Shown piece by piece: positions 16,174 to 23,421 of a DNA stretch of 30,606 bases; position 1 is the first letter of the stretch, and every line of letters begins with the position of its first letter. The stretch is taken from assembly GCA_934647235.1 (NCBI GenBank), contig CAKUFG010000028.1, forward strand, positions 1 to 30,606, given 5' to 3'. The position numbers and the translations under genes are program-made. Under the pieces are notes generated by a model. That model saw only the letters and a list, made by a program, of their open reading frames with translations, was not told the origin of the DNA and did no database searches. The stretch is from an uncultured Clostridia bacterium (lineage in GTDB: Bacteria; Bacillota; Clostridia; Christensenellales; Aristaeellaceae).

Positions 16174-17277
16174 ATGAAAAAATGGATCAAGCGCATCCTG
16201 GCCGCCCTGCTGGTTTTGGTCCTCGTGTGCGTGCTTGCCTTCTGCGGGCTGTATCTGGGCCGATTCAGAACCCTCGCCTCCATCCGCAAGGTAAGCGCCT
16301 ATGAGGACGGCTACAACCTGTACCGCATGGACGTCAGATACGATTACAGCCTGGACGATATCATTGCCGGCGGCATCACCAGCGATCAGAGCATGGTCAA
16401 CGCCATTGTCAAGGAAGCGCTGCCGCTGCTGCCCGTCAGCATCAAGGCCCCCTCCTTTGGCTGCACGGCCTTTACCATGCAGGATACCGACGGCGATATC
16501 CACATGGGCCGCAACTATGACTTTAAGGACGACACCTCGGCCATGCTGGTATACTGCACGCCCAAGGGCGGCTACAAATCGGTGGCGCTGGCGGCGCTGA
16601 ACAACATCTCCGCCAACACCCCCGACGCCAGCACCAAACAGAAGCTTGCCGCGCTGACCGCGCCCTTTATCTGCCTGGACGGCATGAACGAAAAGGGCGT
16701 ATCCATCGCCGTGCTCACGCTGGACAGCGCGCCCACGCGCCAGTCCACCGGCAAGCCGGTCATCGCCACCACGCTGGCCATCCGCCTGGTGCTGGACCGC
16801 GCAGCCACCACGCAGGAGGCTGTGGAGCTGTTGAAGGGCTATGATATGTTCGCCTCCTCGGGCCGCGACTATCACTTCTATATCACCGACGCTTCGGGCG
16901 ACGGCCGCGTAATCGAATATGACTGCGACGATCCCGCCCGGGGTCTGGTAGATACCAAGACCGAGGCCGTGACCAACTTCTTTGTGATGTACAAGGACAA
17001 GGTGCTGCCCAACCAGAAAAACGGCGTCTACGGCCATGGCCGCGAGCGCTACGACGCGGTGCTGGGCGTATTCCAAGCCAGCGCCGCCCACACCAACGAT
17101 ACCGCCTGGCAGGCTCTGCAGGCCGCCGCGCAGGATCCCAACCCGCAGGATATCACCAGCAACACCCAGTGGTCGCTCAATTATAACGATACCGACCTGA
17201 CGGTGGAAATCGTGCTGCGCCGCCATTGGCAGGATATCTTCCGCTATGCGCTGAACGGCAACCAGCTTCAGCAATAA
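16174..17277 (+). CDS. Membrane-anchored Ntn hydrolase, choloylglycine-hydrolase/penicillin-V-acylase family (linear amide C-N hydrolase, C59-like), 367 aa
   Basis: N-terminal TM/signal anchor MKKWIKRILAALLVLVLVCVLAFCGL. The motif G96|C97-TAFTMQDTDGDIHMGRNYDF matches the family's N-terminal CT(A/S)(I/F)T...FGRN(F/Y)D(Y/F) pattern. RBS AAAGGAG lies upstream of the ATG at 16174. Confidence 0.8.
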   Translation: MKKWIKRILAALLVLVLVCVLAFCGLYLGRFRTLASIRKVSAYEDGYNLYRMDVRYDYSLDDIIAGGITSDQSMVNAIVKEALPLLPVSIKAPSFGCTAFTMQDTDGDIHMGRNYDFKDDTSAMLVYCTPKGGYKSVALAALNNISANTPDASTKQKLAALTAPFICLDGMNEKGVSIAVLTLDSAPTRQSTGKPVIATTLAIRLVLDRAATTQEAVELLKGYDMFASSGRDYHFYITDASGDGRVIEYDCDDPARGLVDTKTEAVTNFFVMYKDKVLPNQKNGVYGHGRERYDAVLGVFQASAAHTNDTAWQALQAAAQDPNPQDITSNTQWSLNYNDTDLTVEIVLRRHWQDIFRYALNGNQLQQ

Positions 17278-17320
17278 CCCATTCATTCCCCGCACAACCA
17301 GAATTATGGAGGTACGCCCC

Positions 17321-20300
17321 ATGCTTAAGCGTCTGTGCAGCCTTTTGCTGATCCTCGCACTGCTTTTCACCCTGCTGCCCGCGCAGGCTGATATCACCCC
17401 GCTGACGCAGCAGGAAATTGCCGCCGCGCGCGCCTTCATCGCCATGGAGGGCGAAGGCAGCAGCTGGCAGCAGAGCATGGCGATCACGGCGGATATGAAC
17501 GCCCTGCAGGTGCAGCAGTATCTGGAATGGCTTTTGTCCGATGAAATCGGCGGGCTGATGAACCAGGTGCTCGACAGCGCGGAGCTGCTGAACCTGGGCC
17601 AGGCCGGCAAGGGCGCCTCTCTTGAGGGCGTGGGGCTTACGCTGCAGCAGCTGCGCAACCGTATTACCAGCTATCATGATACGCTGGAGCAGGGGCGCCG
17701 CTCGGTGTACAACAATCTGCTTCAGCTCAACAGCAATGCCAATATGTCCGCACAGGGCAAATTGCGCATCGCCATCCGCGTGCGCGACGATATGGCTGAA
17801 ATGCAGCGCGTGATCGACGTTGTAGCGAAATACTACGAGCAATACCATCAGCTTTTGGAGCAAAGCACCATCAGCTTCTCCAACCTTTTGCAGGCCGCCG
17901 ATTCGCCCGACAACGGAATCACCGGCGCAGCATTGGGCAAGCTGAACAGCGAAGCCAAGGCCCTTCTGAACGCCGAGCTGCGGCAGATGAGCGCGCAGAA
18001 CGACGTGGACTTCAATGTCGTCGTGCTCTCCTCCAAGCAATTCGGTTTTATCGTGCGCAACAGCAGCGGCGCTCCGCTCAAGGGCGTAAAGGTGCACGTT
18101 TCCTGCACTGCCAGGCCCACCCTCTATCAGGACGGCCAGACCAACAACGAAGGCCTGGTTACCTTCCTGACCAAGGACTTTGACCCGGATGAAGAAAACC
18201 GGATCGTCGTCAATGTGACGCTGACCAGTGATTATTACTGCACGCGCGAGATGCGCCGCCTGACCATGCGCGGCGGTTCAGCCGAGCCGGTAGCGCTGGA
18301 GGCTTATACCGGCAAGCCCTTCCTGCGCATGGCGGGCTTTAACGGCACCGATATCCTCAGCCAGAAAAACACCATCTTCTACTCCCCCAAGAACGATTCC
18401 CTGCACTACTTCGATATTCTGATCGATAACCTGGGCAAAACCAGGATCTCGGGCTGGATGTATCTGTGCTACAAGGTTTACGATGACAGCGGCGAGCTGG
18501 TGGACAAGGAAGAACGGCGCAGCTTCACCTCAGGCACGGCCGTTTCCTTTGCCGGCCAGTACTGCCAGCAGATCGCCCCCGGCTCCGCCGTAACCGTGCG
18601 CGTGGAAACGCCCAGCTTTACCCGCACCTACCAAACCCAGCTGCAGATTGAAAAGGCCGTGGTGGACGAGCCTACGTTCATCAACACCAAGAACCTCTCC
18701 TTCACCGGCCCCGGCCTCAGTCTGACCTTCCCGGAGGAAATTCCCTTCTTCGGCGGCAGCAATCTGACCATCGGCATGCCGCAGGCCCCCGCCCAGCTGG
18801 TCATCGACCCCAGCGGCTATATCCAGTTTGCCTATGGGCACGATTTCCGCAGCGAAACGCTGAACTGGAAAAGCGAAGGCCAGAAGCAGGTGGAGCAGCG
18901 CATCAACAACGCGGCCCGGCGCGCGCAGCGCGACGCCAACGCCGTCGATAACCAGGTGTACCGCAATGCCGGCGCAAAGGATAATATAAAGTTCATCGGC
19001 AACACCACAGCCGCCGTCACCGTCTTTGCAGGCATGCAGGGGCGCGTCAAGTCCGACGCTTCCCGCATCAGCCTCAGCGGCAGCGGCGGCATCCAGGCCG
19101 CGTTCAAGGGCGGCTTTGGCTGGCAGGCCTTTGTGGCGGGCTTCATTCCCGTCTTTGCCGCGCTGGATATGACCTTCGCCCTGGGCGCTTCCTTCGGCCT
19201 GGGCCTGGAGGCCGATCTGCCCAACCTGAGCAACCCCAAATTCCAGTACAACAACGGCATGGGCCTGACCATTGAAATGCTGGCCGAGCTGGGCGTAAGC
19301 CTGGGTCTGGGCGTGCGCGGGGTAGCCAACATCGCGCTGCGCTTCTTTGGCAAAATCGTCCCCAAGCTCAAGCTGAGCACCACGGCCAGCGCGGCCGTCG
19401 CGCTGGGCTTTGGCCTTGAGGTTACGGTGCAGCTGCTCCTCCTCAAATGGAAGCAGAGCCTCTGGCAGGGCAGCTACAGCCTGGATACCGAATCCAACGG
19501 CGGCTCGCTGCAGGGCACCCTGCCCACGCTGAACCAGGGCGCAAGGATCTACCCGGCCGTCAACACCCCTGCCGCCGCAAATACCCTGCTGCCCGTCAGG
19601 AACGGCGGCGGCCTGCCTGCCGATAGGGAAGAGGTTGTGTTCTCCCGCCTGGACAGCATATCGCAGGAAATCCAGTACGCCACGCTGACCTCCTCCGCCG
19701 GGGATCGCTCCGCCACCTTTGGCTTCTGGATTACCCCCGCCGACGGCAGCGCCAATCGCCAGGCCGAGCTGGTGTGGTACAATCTGGATCACCCGGCCAA
19801 CCACGGCGTTGTCTATTACATCGGCAGCGGCGATACCTACCGCCAGACCGAAAGCACCGACTATGCCTTCGCCGTCATGGGCCATCAGAACGTGGTGGCC
19901 GTCAACGTGCTCAGCGGCAAATTTGCCGACGGCAGCGCCACGCCCGAAACCAGCCGCTCCACCCTGGCCGTGATGGAAACCGTTATGCTGGCGGACGGCT
20001 CGCTGTCGCTGGAGCTCTTCCGCAATGTCGTATCCCCCAGCCAGATAGACATCGCCTATTATTACCCCACCGATCTTGTGGCCGGCGGGCAGGACGGCTG
20101 CAGCCTGTCCGCGCCGCTGATCTATCTGATCCATTATAACGACGGCGGCTGGTTTGCCAACGCTGCCTATAACCTCGAATACGTATTCAACGGCCATACC
20201 GCCGAGATTGTCTCAACCGACATGCAGTATCGGAACGGCCAGCTTTCCAAGTCCATCGCTGTATCGTATAACCCCGACGCCGACGACAGCGCGGGCACCA

Positions 20301-22357
20301 CTACCTCCATCACCCGCAAGCTTGCCAGCGCCCGCCCCGGCTCGGTCACGGTGGACGGCCTGCCCGTCCGCGCCGACAGCCTGGCCTGTTACTACCGGCT
20401 GAACGTATCCCGCGAGACTGCGGATATCGCAGATGAGGGTACCACCCTGAGCCTGTTTATGAACGGCACCAGGCTCTATGTGGATACGGACGTAATGTTC
20501 TTTGCCCCGCTGGTGGAATACGGCGCGATCCCCGATCAGGCGAACCATCTGTTCTATCTGAAAAAGGGCCAGGCGGACGACGGCTCCGATTGCTACCGCC
20601 TGATGGGCATGTCCAGCAAGGGCTACCAGAACTACACCGTCCGCGATTACGATGTGCCCATGTACGCCGAAAGCTTCAAAACCGTCACCGTGGACGACGG
20701 CAAGGAATACGGCATCGTCTATCTGTACTGGACGGAATGCGTGTCCCCCAGCGAGTACAATGCCAATGAAAGCTATCAGGTCAAGTGCGTGCGCTTTGAC
20801 CGCGCCAGCAACACCATGTCCGCGCCCTTCACGCTGGTAGAGCTGTCGCAGATGCCCAGCAGCCTGCACATCCAGATGGACGGCACGGGCTTCTACACCA
20901 CCGAGCTTCCGGAGGGCGAGGCCGCGCAGCTTCCCGCCGATTCCGCCGCCGTCAGCCAGCGGCTGGTGCACTTCACCTTCAGCCTGCAGACGGCCGTATC
21001 CCTGACCGGCGTTGCCTCCTACGATCCCTGCGTATGCGCGGGCGAATACGCCTCGCTGCTCTTCTCGGTCAAGAACACGGGCAACCTGCCGGTATCGCGC
21101 TTCATGGTAGCCATCGTGGAAAACGGCTCCTCCACGCCCGTGCAGACCATTACGGTGGATTGCCTCAATCCGCAGACAAACAGCGTCAACAGCCTGTTTG
21201 CCAACGCGGCGGATTCGGCCTATTCGGTCAACCGCGTAGACAGCCTGTACGACGACATCAACGGCGATACCTGGCTGATTACCGCCAGAAATCTGCCTGC
21301 GCAGAGCACGCAGTACGCGCTGTACGCCGATTCCAACGAGATAACCGAGCTGATTCACACCGACCTGCTGATGCCCGGGGACGTGCATGTCTATCAGGCC
21401 GCCTTCAGGGTGCCCGAGGACTGGAACGGCACAAAGCAGCTGACCGCCATGCTGGGGCAGGTGTTCGCGCTGACGCACTATACCAACGCCCTGAACGGCT
21501 CCAACGCAAACTCGCTGGACTTTGAATATGCCTTTGATGAAAACGGCACGCTGCTTTACAGCAATCAGAACACCCCCTCCCGCATCGGCGTAAAGCGCGC
21601 CAGCGTAAGCGCGGCGGAATTCAGCAAGGAGATCGGCGTGGGCGCGGGCGATCTGATGCTGGACTGCCAGCCCTACACCGACCTGGACGGCACGGAATAT
21701 GTGCGCGTCAACATCGTGGGCCGCTCCGAAACCGCCAGCAAGGCCGCCCCCACCCTGACCGCCTCGCTGAACGGCGTCACGGTATTCTCCTATCGCTTTG
21801 CCAACGCCATCGACGAGGACTTTGGCTACACGCTGGATATCCCGGCCTCCCGGCTGCTGATGGGTCAGGCCAGCGGCGAGGTGCTCTTTACCGTGACGGA
21901 CAACGAAGCGGACGAAAGCATGTCCGAGTTTTCGGACTTTGACAACCAGGCTTCCGTCGTGCTGGGCGCGTCCCTGCACATGGTGCTGCAGCCGGCCTCC
22001 ATCACCGTGAAGGAGGGCGAAAGCGCAGTCTTCTCCGTCTCCGTATCGGGCGGCGTTCCGCCCTATACCTACCAGTGGCAACGTTCCATCAACGGCCGCT
22101 GGGTGGATATCGACGGGGCAACGGGCGCGACGTTCGTGCTGACCAATGTGTCTAAAAACGATTACGGCGCAAGGTTCCGCTGCAGCGTGCGCGACAGCCT
22201 GGGCAGCCACGTCATATCGGAGGAGGCCGCACTGACCGTGCAGGCCAACGTGCCCGTTACCGGCGATACCGCCCAGCCTGTTCTCTGGGCCGCGCTGCTG
22301 ATCGCCGCCCTCCTGCTGCTGTGCCTGCTGCGCCGCCGCGGCAAGCAGCAGAATTAA
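17321..22357 (+). CDS. Giant secreted, sortase-anchored surface protein of unknown function, 1,678 aa
   Basis: GGAGG lies 8 nt upstream of the ATG at 17321. Signal peptide is MLKRLCSLLLILALLFTLLPAQA|D. Modules recognised by eye, in order: a helical region of about 200 aa; a CarboxypepD_reg-like beta-sandwich (about 18010-18190, FGFIVRNSSGAPLKGVKVHV...NNEGLVTF); a hydrophobic Gly-rich block (about 19070-19470); CARDB-like modules (about 20998-21130, GEYASLLFSVKNTGNLPVSRFMVAIVENG); an Ig I-set-like domain (about 21975-22245); and a C-terminal sorting signal. Confidence 0.9.
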   Translation: MLKRLCSLLLILALLFTLLPAQADITPLTQQEIAAARAFIAMEGEGSSWQQSMAITADMNALQVQQYLEWLLSDEIGGLMNQVLDSAELLNLGQAGKGASLEGVGLTLQQLRNRITSYHDTLEQGRRSVYNNLLQLNSNANMSAQGKLRIAIRVRDDMAEMQRVIDVVAKYYEQYHQLLEQSTISFSNLLQAADSPDNGITGAALGKLNSEAKALLNAELRQMSAQNDVDFNVVVLSSKQFGFIVRNSSGAPLKGVKVHVSCTARPTLYQDGQTNNEGLVTFLTKDFDPDEENRIVVNVTLTSDYYCTREMRRLTMRGGSAEPVALEAYTGKPFLRMAGFNGTDILSQKNTIFYSPKNDSLHYFDILIDNLGKTRISGWMYLCYKVYDDSGELVDKEERRSFTSGTAVSFAGQYCQQIAPGSAVTVRVETPSFTRTYQTQLQIEKAVVDEPTFINTKNLSFTGPGLSLTFPEEIPFFGGSNLTIGMPQAPAQLVIDPSGYIQFAYGHDFRSETLNWKSEGQKQVEQRINNAARRAQRDANAVDNQVYRNAGAKDNIKFIGNTTAAVTVFAGMQGRVKSDASRISLSGSGGIQAAFKGGFGWQAFVAGFIPVFAALDMTFALGASFGLGLEADLPNLSNPKFQYNNGMGLTIEMLAELGVSLGLGVRGVANIALRFFGKIVPKLKLSTTASAAVALGFGLEVTVQLLLLKWKQSLWQGSYSLDTESNGGSLQGTLPTLNQGARIYPAVNTPAAANTLLPVRNGGGLPADREEVVFSRLDSISQEIQYATLTSSAGDRSATFGFWITPADGSANRQAELVWYNLDHPANHGVVYYIGSGDTYRQTESTDYAFAVMGHQNVVAVNVLSGKFADGSATPETSRSTLAVMETVMLADGSLSLELFRNVVSPSQIDIAYYYPTDLVAGGQDGCSLSAPLIYLIHYNDGGWFANAAYNLEYVFNGHTAEIVSTDMQYRNGQLSKSIAVSYNPDADDSAGTTTSITRKLASARPGSVTVDGLPVRADSLACYYRLNVSRETADIADEGTTLSLFMNGTRLYVDTDVMFFAPLVEYGAIPDQANHLFYLKKGQADDGSDCYRLMGMSSKGYQNYTVRDYDVPMYAESFKTVTVDDGKEYGIVYLYWTECVSPSEYNANESYQVKCVRFDRASNTMSAPFTLVELSQMPSSLHIQMDGTGFYTTELPEGEAAQLPADSAAVSQRLVHFTFSLQTAVSLTGVASYDPCVCAGEYASLLFSVKNTGNLPVSRFMVAIVENGSSTPVQTITVDCLNPQTNSVNSLFANAADSAYSVNRVDSLYDDINGDTWLITARNLPAQSTQYALYADSNEITELIHTDLLMPGDVHVYQAAFRVPEDWNGTKQLTAMLGQVFALTHYTNALNGSNANSLDFEYAFDENGTLLYSNQNTPSRIGVKRASVSAAEFSKEIGVGAGDLMLDCQPYTDLDGTEYVRVNIVGRSETASKAAPTLTASLNGVTVFSYRFANAIDEDFGYTLDIPASRLLMGQASGEVLFTVTDNEADESMSEFSDFDNQASVVLGASLHMVLQPASITVKEGESAVFSVSVSGGVPPYTYQWQRSINGRWVDIDGATGATFVLTNVSKNDYGARFRCSVRDSLGSHVISEEAALTVQANVPVTGDTAQPVLWAALLIAALLLLCLLRRRGKQQN
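22250..22354 (+). other. C-terminal cell-wall sorting signal (VPVTGD + hydrophobic helix + RRRGKQQN tail)
   Basis: PVTG is encoded at 22253-22264. It is followed by TAQPVLWAALLIAALLLLCLL and the basic tail RRRGKQQN, giving the tripartite architecture of sortase substrates. Confidence 0.7.
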
Positions 22358-22384
22358 TCGCTGCACAAGAAAAGAGATCTCCCC

Positions 22385-23365
22385 TTGAAACGCAAAGCTG
22401 ACTTTCCATCGCGTGGACGAACGCGCAGATATCGCTGCATCAGCAGGCGCGGCAGGATGCTGCGCCTGCTGACGGCTGTATGCCTGTGCTGCATTGCGGC
22501 GTTCTGTGCGGTCAAGCTGATTCGCTACGCCCTGGACGCCCGCCGCGCCAGGCTGGCCTACGACGCGCTGCGCGAGGTTTATTACAGCTCCGATACCGAG
22601 CCGCCCAGCGCAAGCCTCGTCCCCTTCCCCACACCCATGCCTGCGCCAACTCCTACACCCATTAGCAAAGCCACCGCTGTGCCTGCCTATACCCCTCCGC
22701 CCGATATCCTGCCCGCCGTCCGCTATCCAGGCAATCCATCCGCCGCCGTCAGCAGCCGGTTCACGCGGCTTCAGCGGCAAAACGCGGATATCATCGGCTG
22801 GCTGAACATCCCGGACATGCTGGACGAGGCCGTGGTGCAGCGCGATAACAGTTACTATCTGAACCGCGATTACCGGGGCTATCACAACGCCAACGGCGCG
22901 ATATTTCTGGATGAATCCTGCCAGCTGGACGCCCGCCCATACACGCTGATTCTGTATGGGCACAACATGAAAACGGGCGCGATGTTCGGCAGCCTGCGCA
23001 ACTATGAGAACCTGCGCTATTATAAGAACAACCCCTTTATCACCTTCGATACGGCCTATGAAGAGGGCGACTATGTGGTCTTCGCAGCCGCCGCCATCGA
23101 CATAAACCCCGACGGCCTGCGCTATGTCGATCTGGCTGCGCTCAGCTCGCTGTCCGTCGAAACGCGCCAGGCAGCCATCACCGCGCTGAAAACGCGCTCC
23201 ATTTATCAGAATAGCCTGGATGTGCAGGCGGACGATCAGCTATTGCTGCTGATTACCTGCACCCAAAGCGACAACGAGCGCCGGGTAATCGCCGCGCGCC
23301 GCATCCGCACGGATGAAACCAGGGAAGCGCTGAGCAGCGTTATCCAGCAAACCTCCAAAAAATAA
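22385..23365 (+). CDS. srtB: Class B sortase, 326 aa (start uncertain: TTG 22385 or ATG 22457)
   Basis: IIGWLNIPDMLDEAVVQRDNSYYLNRDY...GAIFLD...LILYGHNMKTGAMFGSL (catalytic His), LLLITCT (Cys) and RRVIAARRIR (Arg). An N-terminal basic segment plus TM is followed by a Pro-rich linker. Confidence 0.88.
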   Translation: MKRKADFPSRGRTRRYRCISRRGRMLRLLTAVCLCCIAAFCAVKLIRYALDARRARLAYDALREVYYSSDTEPPSASLVPFPTPMPAPTPTPISKATAVPAYTPPPDILPAVRYPGNPSAAVSSRFTRLQRQNADIIGWLNIPDMLDEAVVQRDNSYYLNRDYRGYHNANGAIFLDESCQLDARPYTLILYGHNMKTGAMFGSLRNYENLRYYKNNPFITFDTAYEEGDYVVFAAAAIDINPDGLRYVDLAALSSLSVETRQAAITALKTRSIYQNSLDVQADDQLLLLITCTQSDNERRVIAARRIRTDETREALSSVIQQTSKK

Positions 23366-23366
23366 A

Positions 23367-23406
23367 GCAAAACAGAGCCGTTATAAAAAGCGGCTCTGTT
23401 TTTTTA
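23367..23406. terminator. Bidirectional intrinsic terminator (sortase operon / ABC importer operon)
   Basis: 10-bp stem AACAGAGCCG (23371-23380) / CGGCTCTGTT (23391-23400), followed by TTTTT and preceded by an A-rich tract. Confidence 0.9.
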
Positions 23407-23421
23407 ACGCTGTTTATTTTG

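Noticed and set aside
16051-17658. 535-aa minus-strand ORF across the Ntn hydrolase gene and the start of the giant gene, and similar shadows at 17177..18097, 18530..20197, 14557..15354, 11634..12704, 10594..11538 and 8481..9038
   Set aside because: These are shadow ORFs antisense to genes with diagnostic motifs. None has a plausible RBS or signal sequence.
21975-22245. Ig-like C-terminal domain as a possible diversity-generating retroelement target
   Set aside because: The window contains no reverse transcriptase gene, no template repeat copy of this segment and no adenine-biased mismatch pattern.
20213-22963. 916-aa ORF on the minus strand spanning the 3' third of the giant gene, the intergenic gap and part of srtB
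   Set aside because: It is antisense to two genes with clear motifs. Its composition is a low-complexity G/A/R/H/Q/V/D mix, with no RBS and no recognisable domain. It is the classic shadow ORF produced by GC-rich third positions on the coding strand.
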